From assembly GCF_963506605.1 (NCBI RefSeq), contig NC_083276.1, positions 115,010,001-115,074,000 on the forward strand: DNA of 64,000 bases. Direction: 5' to 3'. This DNA comes from Zootoca vivipara (lineage: Eukaryota). Shown in pieces: positions 11,601 through 24,918 of the stretch. Numbering within the stretch: position 1 is the stretch's first letter; every line of letters starts with the position of its first letter. The translations under genes and the position numbers were made by a program. The notes beneath the pieces are model-generated. The model was not told where the DNA came from. It did not search any database and saw only the letters and a program-made list of their open reading frames with translations.

Positions 11601-11614
11601 GCGCCTTCTCCTGG
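11601..11614 (-). promoter_or_regulatory. Candidate CTCF motif in the HoxD4-HoxD8 interval
   Basis: Minus strand CCAGGAGAAGGCGC, 12/14 consensus, in non-repetitive CpG-containing sequence. Confidence 0.5.
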
Positions 11615-14600
11615 ACGAGCGGCCAGACGACAAAGTGACTCTTCACATCACAGGGGCTGGTGGGCGGGGAGGGGGAGGGAGAAGAGGGGCAGGGTCTCCA
11701 TGTGACATCTGCTCCCAAATCAGATAGAAGAGGATTAGGGAGAGGGGGAGAGGAAAGGAAATTAGATGGAGTAGGGAATCCCTTCTGGGAAATAACGGCA
11801 AGGATGAACCGCACCTTTGTGACACCCGTCGACTCAAATATCAGGTGTGTGCAGAAGGCCTTCTGATTACTGTATAGATAGTGTCCCTTCAGACTCTGAA
11901 AGATTCCTACCATCCTGAGCGTAGTCATGAGAGTGTGTGCGCGTTTGCACGGTTGCAGGCTTCACTCTCCAGCGATCTTCTTACATAAAGCACGTATACA
12001 TAATATTAAACAATGTTTTGATGTTGAAGAAGGGGAGGCATCCCGCTTTAAGTCAATATTAAAAGAGCTATTTATTTAACAGCTGAAACTGAAAAGCACG
12101 TCTGGCTCGCGCGCGCGCGCACACACCCACACCCCTCTGAATAAGTTTGCTCCAAGAGGGCGCTGGACAGGAAACGTGGAGCTGAGCTGTTTTGTTCTAG
12201 GCCCAGGCTGAGGGTCTGAGAAAAGCAGCTGAGAATGTGTGGAGGTTGTTTAAAGGGATGGGAGAAAAGGAAGCTGGCAGTGTGGACGGAGATCTGAGGC
12301 TGCATGGGGGAGACTGCGCTAGCCAGGCCGTTCTGCGTCCAGCACAGGAATGCAGAGGGACACAATAAAAAGGAACTTAACGAGCGACTAGCAAACAGGA
12401 AGGCAGAATAGGCTGGCAACGTTTCAAAGGCAAAACGAGCCTCTGACACCACTCAAGGCGAGACCCCAGACTCTTAACATCCTTCCTGATCCTTGGCTGG
12501 TTCCTTGAGCAGAACCGTTGGCCTCAATAGCAATGCGTCCAGGCCCGGTCGGTGACTAACACAATGTGGGAGTTCTCTGTTCTGCAGAGTGAAGAGAGGC
12601 CTGTTGCTTGGCCGATTTCAGAGTCAGTCGGCCAGACAGAGACAACAAACCAGTTGCCAAACAACCAACAAGCATTGAGGCCCATTATCTCTTTCTAGCT
12701 AAAGATCTAGTAAAATCGGTCTGGCACCCAGGAGTTTTAACCCGGGCCTAGCCTTGTGCCAGATTGTGGCTAAGGGCTGCTCCATGAAACCCGGTGACTG
12801 CAGCCTGGAAGCCACATGGATTTAAAGGAACTGCGCCGACCTTTTTCTTAACCCCACATAGCTCCTGCCTCCGCGTCAGGTCTGTGTCTTCCTGGTGGTG
12901 CTTTGAAACGGTCCAACATAAAAATAATAATAATAAAGTCTCCGGTTCTTCTTCTTAAATCTCAAAGCTGGGCTGATTCATTCCCAAAGCGCAGATTGCT
13001 GTCAGTTTGGAAGAACTGATGACTATCCTAGGAGCCCAACCCAAACCCGCAACCCTACCTTGATACAGCTACCCATCCATTGTTCACTTTTATGTCTGCA
13101 AACAAGAGAAAACCGGAGGGCAATAAGGTTCTCCAAATAAAGCTTTAGCTATCGCCACAAAGAGCTCTAAAACAATGCGTTGCTTTTCCTTCTCCTTAAA
13201 GTGCTTGGTCCCTCCTCTCACTTCCACCTTTTATATATGTATATATGAAAGCCCCTCAACCCATTTCCCCCTTCCCATGCTGGGATCATGCAAGTATTTG
13301 TGTCTTCCCCACGCGCGCACCCCCCCCCCCAGCACTTTAACTCACACGTTTCATGTTTGCTACCCTCAGCTTCCTATTTGGAAGATTTTGAAAGGGGAGA
13401 TCCCCCCCCCTCGCATCCAATTAAACTACACTTCCTCTTTAGGAAAAGGCAGGTTTTCAAAAGCCACTCGACATAAGGATTTTTAGGGAGATATTTATCC
13501 CGTGTGGTGTTATTTTCTGTCTTAAGCTCTGTCCCATTGACCAAATGAACTGTTTATGGCGATTCCTTTTTCCTCTCCCCCTCACCACCCCACACTCACT
13601 TCCTGTTTTTTAGCTCTTAACACTAGCAGTAGCAGCATTCAGTGCCGCAATGCAGTAGAGCTGTAAATACCTTTAACAGCTGCCTGCCAACCAAAGAGTG
13701 AAATACTGTCTTTGTTCGGATTCTTTCTCCCACCCCCAGCTCCAAGCACTCATACAGCAGCCCCTGAGAAATATAGTTCTCTGGTGTGTGTGTGTGTGTA
13801 CACACCACGATTAGATTTTTAGAGCTTTGGGTGAGTGGGTATTTAAGGGCACTGAACCCACCACTAATGTACAAAAGATCTAGGCAACATATGAACGGGT
13901 GGAGGGTTCTTCTTCACTAAGAACATGACCATTTCTGAGATTATTTTTCCTTACACAAATTGTTGCCTTGTTGTGCATTTTCAGCGAGAAGTGATTAAAC
14001 TATCCACGTTTGACCACTGGATGAATTCTCCTTTCTTGAGGGGGTCCTAACGTGTCTATTTATGAACACTTTCCTTTTTTTAGGGGGAAATGAAATTAGC
14101 AGCCCCAAATACAATACCCCCCAATTAATTTGATTTCAGTAAGCTTGGGGGCAAACTCTCATGAAACTCTGTGGAATTTACAATGGCAGGGTGGTCGAGC
14201 CTAAAACTGTATGCCTAAATTGCGGTTTAAGGTGGGAAAATGTACTGAAATCAGTGCCCCTTTCTTCCAATGAATCGAATGCATTTAGAATCAAGAGTCT
14301 GGGTTTTTCAGCACCAAGCACTCTGGCACTTTAAGTTGAAGAACATGAATATATTCTGTAAAAAGAACAGTCATCCAGCATACATGATTTTGTTTTGTTT
14401 TGTTTTGCTTTATTTCTTTAAATCCAAGTACTGTATATTGGGTTACGGATCTACGATGGGTTAGATCTTATGGTTACAAAATGTGGAAATTAAGATTTCA
14501 AGAATGCAAAGGCAAACAAACCAATCAACATTGTTTCTCCAATTTTGCTATAATAAATGCAGTCTGAGAGGGAGGGAAAGGGAGAAGCAATATATACCAG

Positions 14601-16132
14601 AGGGGAAAGTGGGCGGACTTATATATGCACACATGATTATTTTTATTTAGGATGGTTTGCGACTTTCTGCTATAAACTGTAGCCATTAAACTGTAATCAA
14701 CAATCACCTTGCAAGATTGTGATGGTGTTTTACTCCCACCCAACACCCAGCCCAATAACTTTCCCTAGACGGATTGCTAGAAATCCAGAACTTCACATTC
14801 TGTAGACTTGATCGAAAAAAGAGGGGAAACCGGATTCGAGTGATTACGTGTTGACTTCCAACAAGTCACAAAAAGGATATACCAAGTAGTCATTCTTTAC
14901 AGAATAAAATTTGAGTGCATTAGCAAGATTGAAATTTATTCCTATCACCGATCAGTTATTTTAAATTGTGGGGTGATCAAATATTTATGCATAGTAGTAC
15001 GGCCCTTAAACAAAACTGATGTAAAAGCAACATTACATTAACATATTTAATGCATGTATAAATCACATTATGCAAACCAGTTTTCAGGAAGATAATAACA
15101 TAATAAAATACATTCCGGAAGAGATAATCGACCTTTTTTTTTTAAAAAAAATGATTTGTCTAGACCGGACAACAGCCCTCCTTTAAAAATAAATAAATAA
15201 ATAAATAAATGGGGTGATAATTCAGCATAAGATTTTAAATAGAAATAGAGACGCCTAAGGCTACATTACAACAACGACAAAGTTATAGGGGAAATATATT
15301 AGATATCTGTATCCAGTCTGCAATCTTAAGCCATATTTACTTAACAATTAATTCCCACTGTAAGGAATTTATTCACTGCCAAGAAAACATGGATAAGATT
15401 GGACTGTCTAGAGCTGTATGTATTATTCCCTTTCCCATAATTGTTGCTATGAAAATAAACGTATTGAATCCTCATGTCACCCCGCTTACAGCCAGAAAGA
15501 CAGACAGATAATCTCCCTTGGTTCAATTAGGCCTGATCGATATAAAATACATTTTTGAAAACGTCTGAGCACCACGGTGATGTCATCCTCCCGCTAGACC
15601 ACAATAATCCGCAACGCCTTTACTCCAGAAGTCGCTGTCTTGCTACATAAGAGTAAGTACCTGCTACGTTGCAGCCATATTGGTGTCTGCTTAAACCTTC
15701 CACGGGTTAGCTACCGTGGAACATGCCACATGGGTCTGCTCTTTATGACAATGCACACTAGGAAGTGTTTTGACCGCCCTAGAAAAAAGCACCTAGCCGC
15801 TGCTCGATCCATTTCAAAACTGTTATATATATCCGACAGTATGACACAAACATTCCTCGCCATCCCTCCCGCAAAGTACAGTTTTAACAAACCCCTGATG
15901 TTTTAATGACTGCAAACATTTGGCCTTCGCTTTGCAAGTAAAATCCCAAAACAGGGTCATGTTTTCTGTTTAGGATCCCCCCCTCCCCGCCCTCCCAGTC
16001 ATCTTGGTAGGATTAATCGGATGAAAAGTCGGACTCCTCAGAACAGAAGAAACCACAGATCGTAAGCCAGTCTCCCTGCAGCAAATCTGGGCGTAGGAGC
16101 GCTCAGCTTTGCTCATTATTAGTGACCCGGAT

Positions 16133-16134
<2 letters not shown>

Positions 16135-16190
<56 letters not shown>
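16135..16190. repeat. (AC)n microsatellite
   Basis: Read directly. Confidence 0.95.
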
Positions 16191-16191
<1 letters not shown>

Positions 16192-19100
16192 ACCTGTTGA
16201 CAATGAGAGGCATGCGGATGGAATCCTGCTGTTAAGAAAAACCACTAAAAGGGGGGAGCAACAGCGCACAAGTAGAAATTGCAGAACATCTCAGTCCAAA
16301 TAATTTTGCTAGTAGTTTTTGTTTTGGGTTGTTTTTTTAAAAAATTCTGCTACGGCATTTTCTCTTGCTTCCTAACCTACTCTTGCCTCCCCAACCTCAG
16401 GGGCATTCAGTTCCACTAGCTGTGGAGCCACGCTGGTGGGGCGGGGGGAGAGTGCCTCTCTCAGCCTTGTTCTCCGTGGCATGGAAGCCTCAAAAGCCAG
16501 ACAGGTGGCAGCAGAAGGCGGCGAAGCGCTTCCAAGCCTAACCCATCGCACCTCCTCGCCTCTGTTGCCTCAACCTGGGCGAAGAAAAAACCACAGGCGC
16601 TTGCAGTGATGGGTGCCCGCCTTGCCCACTTTCTTTTATGACCTACGGAGTCATTCTCCGGCGCCTGAGCGAAAGTAGGAAGCCCTGCAGCGATGGAGAC
16701 GAGTCAGGAATAAAATGGGGGGGGAAGGAGGAGGAGGAGGTGGTGGTGGTGGAAAACGAGAGCTGAAAAATCCCTTACCCGTTCGCTGCCCCGGTGGAAG
16801 GGCGTGGAGCCCAGCCGCATCCCTGTAATCCATTAGGGGTCGCGTTCGGTAGCAATCCGAGTCCCATCCCGATCGGAAAAGCCAAAGGAGGCAGGCAAGG
16901 AAGGCAGGCAGGCAGGTAGGGCTGGGAGGAAGGAGAGCTCGCTAGATAAACAAGCTGCCTTGCTGGCAAAGACAAGGGAGCTCTGCCCCCCCCCTCACAG
17001 TCCCTCCCCGCCCACTCTAACCCTTCACCACACTCCGCGTCTCTGCTATGACTGGAAACTGGCAGGGTAGCAGCGGAGGAGGGTGGGCGTTTGCGTGTGT
17101 GCGCGCGTGTGTGTGCGAGCGCGTGTTGTTTTTAAACCCCTTGGACCGGACTGGATCGGTACTCAAACATCATAGCGAGCGCAATGCACCTTATCGGAGA
17201 CAAAGGTTAGAAAAAGAAGGGTTGAGGCTGTGGGAAAGACAGAATGCAAAAAAGCGGGAGGGGGGATTCGCCGGGGAAATCTGGAAGGGAAAAGGAGGGG
17301 GAAGGCCGTGAAAGTCATCAGCGCTCGCACATGACCAGGCGCAGCCAATGACGTGCCCAAATAGGTCATAAAAGGTCTATTACGAGTTGTAAATTCTCTT
17401 CAAACAAAAAGGAATTTACTGCAATTCCTTGCGGGTTTTTTTTTTTAACCCAGGCTGCTGCAAACAGTGGGTTTTGTTTTCCTGGGTTTATTTCTTTCTG
17501 CCTTCTCTCTCTGCTGTTTGTCTTTACACGCTACCAAGGCTCACCACCACCTTTCTGTTTCCTTGGCCTGTCTCAGGGAGCAGCAGATCGGTGGGAATCG
17601 TCTGAATGATTGACGCAGCCCAGTCAACAGCCCCCTTACCCCGGAGGCCAAACGCTGCAGAGTAGAGGCCCTGATTCGGAAGCGTTTAGCCCAAACACAG
17701 GGGCCTAAACCCACCCCCTACGCCTTGCCTGTGAGCAACGCAAAAGCGCGTAAAAGTCCATTTGCTACGGGGTCGGGAGGAAGTCCAGCAGGCAAGGCCC
17801 CTTTTGCTAGGTGTACATTATGTCTAGGCCGCTCGGCACTGCCTCACTCCGACCCTCCTCCCCGTGCGCTGGGAAGGTTGAAGGGGTTGGGAATGGGGAA
17901 CATCCCAATGAAACTCAGCTCCTGAAAATCTCGAATCTACTTCACTCCAAAGGCTCGTCACGTTCCCGAGCTCCTGAAAGCTCCGTTTGGAGTGGCAAAT
18001 AAAAACCACCCGCTTGTGCGAATTAATGAGCGTCTCTTCCTTGTTGCAGGAAAAAGCCTCTCCAGAAGCTTTTCCGGCCCCGGCTGCGGATGGAACGTTG
18101 ACGAGAGACAAAGCCTCCCTTGGCTGCCGATCCATTGATTTGTAACGTTCTAGAACGCGCTGGAAGTTCTGCGCTCTGAAGGAGTAACCAGGCATTCTAC
18201 CGGATCTGCGATGGCAAAAGAATTCGAGACATGGAAAGAAGGGTGGGCGAGGGAGACAAAGCATGCCTCCAGTGTTTAAAACGGCCTCCCCTTCTTGAAC
18301 TTTAAATCTCAACCGCACCCAGTATTTTGTCCACACACGCTACAGGGACGTTTATTCTGGTTCCGTTCTCTTTCATGCAGCAATTGGGACTGACTGAACT
18401 GCACACTTAAGGGTACTCACTGAAAAGTAAGGCCCCCCCTAAACTCTGCTGCGCACTTACAACTGAGCAAATGTGTGTACAAATTGCATTATTTGGATGT
18501 TCAGCGCGATTCACTTTCTTCCGCTGAAGATAGGCTGGAAGTGGTGGGGGAATTAGTCGCTGTCTGTAGTGTGGATCCCACGGAAGTACGGGATCCAAAC
18601 TGTTTACTTGGATTTTGTTGCTTTCCTCCGCAACCCAAAAGGCAGCCTTTAATAAATGGCGAATTCATCCAATTATTTATGGCCATTTATGTGGGATTAG
18701 GGTTTTTTAAGCGCCTTCTGTTCGAAAGGACGTTCCGGGCGGCCTGACAGGTTCAGACTCACTTGATATTTGCTTCCAAGTCAGCTATGTCATTGGGGCT
18801 GGTTTAAATATCTAAGATGTGGGTTTCTCGCCTTGAAGGACCGCATAGCGACTTCGCAAGCTTGATTTCCACCCGATTCCAAAATGGCCGCTTCCTCGTA
18901 AATAATCAGGATCGACAAACTCTAGGGCAGTGTTATGTTTGATGGTATTAATTAGATTCGTCATTCATGATGAATTGTGGATGTTAATATATTGATTAAA
19001 TACATTAAAAAGCATACTGCGTTACAATGTGCACTTACAGATAAATATATTCAGGAGAATGTGTGCAGCAAATATTCGGATTGCCCTCCAAAATCAATTG

Positions 19101-21379
19101 TCTTCAGACATTTTAATCCAATTTTGGAATTAGCGTTGGATAAATATCGGATAATACCTTTTTCTAGTTGAAAGGGTTTACGGTTTAAAATTCTCAAAAT
19201 GACCTCTCCCTCCGCTAGGGCTCAATTGAACTAAGGCTGCATAGGTACCTTCGTTGCAAAGGTATTGCTACTTTACCAATAATGTCTGCAAACATTTAAC
19301 TTGTATATTTACATTTAAAATAAAATCACTACCCCTTCTATATAGATTTCTGGAAGTTCGCTTGCCTTAGACCCGCATAACTGATCCCAGGCTGACCACT
19401 GAGACGTTTTGCCGCATTTATGCAAATCACTGCACCAAATTGTTTTGCTTCACAGTTTTTGCCGCAGTTCCTCTACGTGAACGGGTTCCCAGTCCACTAT
19501 GGCGCTTGTAGAGGAATGCGGTGGCCAAGGAAGGCGTTTCCGGCGGGGAGGGGCTATTTTCTGAATTCGAAAAGAGCCTCGAAAAATATTGGCGCTGAAA
19601 GCATATTCTGCTGTCTTCTTAGCCAGCAGATTTCACAGCTAACATAGCTGCTGAAATGTACATATATACTAAGGAAACAATTAGACCAGAGCGAATGGTA
19701 ACACACAAACAAGCAAAACAAAATGAACAAGACCCTTTCTCTCTCACCCTCCGTGTGTGCGTGTGTGTATGTCTATGGGGGAATCTTCTAGTTAAAGCTA
19801 AATCCTCCGGATTCTGGTTAGATGAGAACAGACTTTGACCTGGTATCTGTTCACTCATTTCGCCTTATTCCCCTTCACCCTCTCTTTAAAGATTGGGAGC
19901 AGGATAGCAAAGTGAACTTGTTTCAGGGGCTTTGATATGAGCAAAGAAGAAACTATTGACTGTCTCCAAGACTGTTAATTAGAACAATGGGAGCGATTCA
20001 GCCACAGGACTTCAACACATTTCAGTTCTACTGGTCACACACAAAGAAGTCCTTAGGACTTACAGCCACCTAATTTTGGCTGTTAAAAGTGGTCCGAGTT
20101 AACACGCCTTGCAGCGAGAAAAAGACTTGATGAAGTGGTGGACAGGGTACCAGTACGATGATGGAGGATTGATGCAAATATAATGCCTCTCAGTTTTGAT
20201 AACTCTGCTGTTCTACATGTTACATATAAAAGGAGCTACCAAGAGGTTGCTGATTTCCTACCCTTTGGGGTCTTTCGGGGTTTCTGTCTACAATGGTTAT
20301 CACCCATCGAACAGGATTTGGTCCCGTGGAAAAGCAACGGAACTGCGCTTAGTTGTAACTAACTGAAGTCGAATTCTTACCCAAGGGATTTAGTCACTAC
20401 TAATTTTTGATGAAGTGTGGCTTCTTCTGCATCTATGGGCGTCTTCATACACAATTCCTCTTAGGCCTCTTGTGTGTGGTTTCTGGGGGCTGCGGGGGGG
20501 GGGCTCCCCACACCATTTGAAAGCCGTTATTTCCAGCAACAGACAATTTGAGGTTTCTTGCGCGAGAAGGCTCTACCTTTTAATTATCTGCATGATTTAA
20601 GATTGAGAAACCACCTCTTTGAAATTACCTGGAGAATTCTGGTGGTGTCCTTGCACTTTGATGTGGAGATATGATTACCTGATTGGAGATAGAGGCTTCA
20701 AGCCAGCGCCCGTGTGAAAGTCCTTAATAAATCCCGTTGAAGTGAATGGGATTTGATAGCATTAAGGGCAGGCAGGATCACCCAAAAGCCGAGAAATAAA
20801 ATCAGCCCTCCCTTAGTTTTTTCACCAACAAAGCGGTGTGTGGGGGGTGTTATTTGTTTTTATTTATTTTTTACTGGGGAGAAAATGTCGAAAATAAAGC
20901 TAATGTGTAAAAAATGTGTAAGCCAGTGGGAATCTCACGCGTAATTCAGAACCTGGGATAGGGTTTTTTTTGTTATTTTGCTATCACTCCGTGCAGTGTT
21001 TTCAGTCGTTTGCAGGGCTTCCATGCTTTGATAGTCTTAAATTGCCCGTTTTCTGCTGAATAACAGCTACAACAAACCTACAACAGACATTGGACAAAAT
21101 CCATGGAATGCTGGCACACCTGGACCCCACAGGAATCAATGGATTTCTGATCGCAAGTGTATTGCACATGCGGGCCACAATCCAGCGATGAATTAGGCTA
21201 AGTATTCTTGCACAGGTGCCTTATTTATAGTGCTTAAGCACTCTGACCTTCATCCTGGGATTATAGGCATTAACATTGCACAGGCCCGTTATATCTTGGG
21301 ATTCTATGAACTAATGAACCCAAATAGCGGTGTGTGTCCCCCTTCCGCAAGTTACGTCCATCTGCAGCGATTTCAGAGT

Positions 21380-21580
21380 TGGCTTCTGGAGCAGCGCATG
21401 GCTGAATCCCTTGCCTGCTGTTAGCTCAGACCTCGTTCCAATCCCGTCGCAGCCACTAATACCTGTCAGTCTCATCTCCCTTTTACTGTGAGGATAATAC
21501 CGACCTCCTACCTTACAGTGCTGTTGTATGTATGGCACAGACAGCACGTGAAAGCCTACTGCTCAGGGTGGTTTTTATTA
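21380..21580 (+). mobile_element. Degenerate CORE/MIR-like SINE
   Basis: GGATAATACC...CCTACCTTACAGTGCTGTTGTA...GTGAAAGC resembles the CORE-SINE core. Confidence 0.35.
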
Positions 21581-22329
21581 CTCCTGTAAACACTAATTAT
21601 TGCAACAGCTAAAGTCTGACCAAGATGAGGATGAGGAATTGCACCTCTCCAAATGATGGGAATAACATGAAGACAGTCCCTGCTGCATATATGATTTTAA
21701 ATAATAATAATAATTCAGCCATAGTGTTAGTAGTAAGAACGGCAAGTTTTTATAAATGTAGTCTGGGAAATCCTTAAAGTTTTAGATGGTCAATTGAAAA
21801 AAGGATGCTACTAATCAAACTTCTGCTTTACTTCCAACCCAGACTTAGAAATACGCAGGGATGCTGTACGAATGACATAGCATACTAGTGGGGGGGCGGG
21901 GGGCGGCGCTTCGTCTTGCTGAATCCAGCTAGCCCGCCATACTTTCTTCAGCAGCGGCCTGAGCAGCTTACATCAAGCAAGGCATGAAGAAATGGAAAGA
22001 GGCATCTCGTGGTGTTTATCTAGTAATATGGTAGACTGCTCCCTTGTGACGGGGATGGGTGGAGAAGGTTTCTGCAACACCAGACTAGGACTTTCCATTA
22101 ATTTTAAACCTCCTTGCTTTGATGGGTGTCCCACTGTGCTCACTGCAGCTTACTCGAAATTGTCCATAGGACTGCAGCCTCTGCGACCCAGCGCAGAGAA
22201 AGCTGGTTGCCCCCTTAAGTCCCCCCAATTGAGACCAACATTGCTTCGTATTGAATTTATTTATGATTAATTTTGAACTGGATTGGGACCGTGCCATATT
22301 CGAGATAGAAACATCAGGTACCTTGTAAC

Positions 22330-22410
22330 ACAACCCTAGGCATGTCTACTCAGAAGTAAGCCCCGTTGAGTTGAGTGGGGTTTACTTCCAAGTCTAGGAT
22401 AGCTGCCTGG
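22330..22410. repeat. Short palindromic interspersed repeat (MITE-like); related copies near 8963-9035, 9993-10060 and 10268-10358
   Basis: Shared core GTAAGCCCC.TTGA...AGTG..(C/T)TTACTTC with CCTA...TAGGA(T) inverted flanks. Confidence 0.55.
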
Positions 22411-23026
22411 ATGACCTGATCCGCCCTTCCTCTTCTTCTTCCTGTACTTGGCAATGCAACCACTTCCAAGGGTCAGGCCTAAAACATGCTTCCTTGAAAG
22501 AAATCCGGTTGAAAACTGAAGTCTGTGGAAGTCAGTGCACTGAAAACAGTAGCACTCCATGGGTACATGGCAGGGGTTTTCCACAGAGAACCGAATAAGC
22601 CTCCCTTAGCAGATAACTAAACGCTTGGATACTTTTCATTTATTTTTTTCAGTAGCTACCATAAGGCTAATGTAACTCGGGGAATGCTGCAGCAAATGCG
22701 TAATGAAGCTGCGCGCTAGAGCTGTACCCAAATCATGCCCGCTGAGCGCCGAAGAAAAAAACCTCGTGCGGTCAATGCAGGCAACAGCGAACGCTGTGTC
22801 CTTGAACGCCTCGGCCTCGTAGCTGTTGGACGGTTGGGCTATTCTCTCAGCAAAACCGCGCAAGTTTGCTTGGGGTAATTTGACCTACGTTTTCTCAGTC
22901 TCGCTGCACTTTTGGGCTCCACAGAGAGGTGGTTGTTGTCGTTTTTATTAAAAACAAACCAATCAGCCAAGAACAGGAACGTAGGAAGAAACCTGACGAC
23001 GGATATTACAGTGGAATCACTTTTGT

Positions 23027-23032
23027 TTTATT
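23027..23032 (-). terminator. Probable HoxD8 polyadenylation signal
   Basis: AATAAA about 570 nt after the stop with GT/T-rich downstream sequence. A second AATAAA lies at 22944-22949. Confidence 0.4.
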
Positions 23033-23599
23033 TCGATCAATTACCGATCATTCAGTATCAATGTGCCATTAAAATATCTCCTCCTTCTCCCCCCCCCTTT
23101 CCCACACCCCCGCAAAAAATAATAATCATTATAATGTCTGAATTAATTTACTTTACAAGAAATAAGTTGGAAGGAAAGTTTGAGATTACAAGTGCACTTG
23201 CTTGATTCGCGCATTTGGGTTGGGTTTTGGCTTTTCTGTGCTTGGGGACAGGAGAGGAGAGCACCAAAAAAGAGAAAGGAAGGAAGAAAAAGACCGAAGA
23301 GGGGACGCGTACAAAATTGCTATATAGTTTTCGGTATCAAATTCCACGTGGAGAAAGATGCAGCAGTAGCAGCCAGCTGGGACTCCGCTTAGGGCGCCCC
23401 GGGTGCAGTAACAAATAAAATAAAACTCTCACCTAAGTACATAAACATCAAAAGGTAGCTTTAAAAAACAAACAGACAAGGTCGGGCCCTTGTGAAAAAA
23501 GTGCCTGAGTAAGACCTGTGAAGGCCGGGAGGAGAGGCTGCTGGTGCTCTCGCGCCCCCGCTCTCGCTCCCAGGCATTGTCTTTCGCCAAGAAGAACCT

Positions 23600-23901
23600 T
23601 CAATTCGTCAGGCCTTCTGCTCCTTCTTCTAGAAGGTCCTCCTGGGCTTCTGTCTTGGCCTCCTCTCCTTCCTTCCCCTCCTGCCTGCCGGCTGGGAACT
23701 TATCTTTGTTGTTCTCCTTTTTCCACTTCATCCTCCTGTTCTGAAACCAGATCTTGACCTGCCTCTCCGTGAGTCCGAGGGCATGGGAGACCTCGATCCG
23801 CCTTTTCCTGGTCAGGTAGGGGTTAAAAAGGAACTCCTTCTCCAGCTCGAGAGTCTGGAAGCGGCTGTAGGTCTGTCTCCCTCTCCGCCTACCAGGAGCT
23901 G
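23600..23901 (-). CDS. HOXD8: HoxD8 coding exon 2 (homeobox)
   Basis: Acceptor TAG|CAG then [70 protein letters not shown]. Spliced CDS 873 nt = 290 aa. Confidence 0.96.
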
Positions 23902-24529
23902 CTATTTGAGACGAAACAAAAAAGCACAGCGTTTCTTTAAAACGAAACGAAACCGCCGCCGCCGCCCCAAATAAACTGAAAACAAGTAGAACGCCCCCGC
24001 CCCGCACACGACGCGTGCTTAGAGATCTGGAGTACATCCTAAACTGGTTTACTGGGAAATAAGTCCCACGGGGGTCTTCGTGACGCCCCTTGGGAATAAA
24101 TGTTATCTAACTCCGTGGGATGTACTTTCCACTGCATGGCCAGAGGCTGAGGCAAGTATATTCGATCCAGCTGCATTCCAGCGAACAAATTTAGCGCAGG
24201 CACGTTTATCCAGAAATAAATCCCACTGCACTCAGCAGGGTTTCCTCTCCAGGGAGGAGGTTGAGGAATCCCCTTTAAATCAAAGTACTCCGAGTTAGCT
24301 GGTCTAGGGCTGTTTGCCTCGCTTGTGCTTAACGCACCACAGCAGCAGCAGCCTGAAACAAGACTACTTCTGAAGACTGGTCTAATTGTTTGTTTGTTTC
24401 ATTCATACCACGATTCATAACATTTGTGACTTAACGGCCTCCAGTACGTGGTGGGTTCGGAGGGGGTGGAGTGGAGGGAATCGTGGAAAGTGTGCTGGAA
24501 CCTGGAAGGTATAACAGCAACGCAATAAT

Positions 24530-24729
24530 NNNNNNNNNNNNNNNNNNNNNNNNNNNNNNNNNNNNNNNNNNNNNNNNNNNNNNNNNNNNNNNNNNNNNNN
24601 NNNNNNNNNNNNNNNNNNNNNNNNNNNNNNNNNNNNNNNNNNNNNNNNNNNNNNNNNNNNNNNNNNNNNNNNNNNNNNNNNNNNNNNNNNNNNNNNNNNN
24701 NNNNNNNNNNNNNNNNNNNNNNNNNNNNN
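24530..24729. other. Assembly gap (200 N) in the HoxD8 intron
   Basis: Run of N. Confidence 1.
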
Positions 24730-24918
24730 GGGATAGATGCTGGGTTGTAATTTGTTTTGGCGAGGAAAGGCATGAGACGCACAGAGGGAAAAGGGGGCTG
24801 TTGTAACAAAGGCAGGAGGGGAAAGGAAGAAAGGAAGAAAGGAAGAAAGAAAGAAGGCAGCGACTGGGTTGCCGCGGCGCCAAGGCAAAGAGAAGCGGGG
24901 GTTTCGCTCGCGTCCAAC

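Noticed and set aside
24399-24917. ORFs spanning the N runs (also near 32.2 kb and 60.5 kb)
   Set aside because: Artefacts of assembly gaps.
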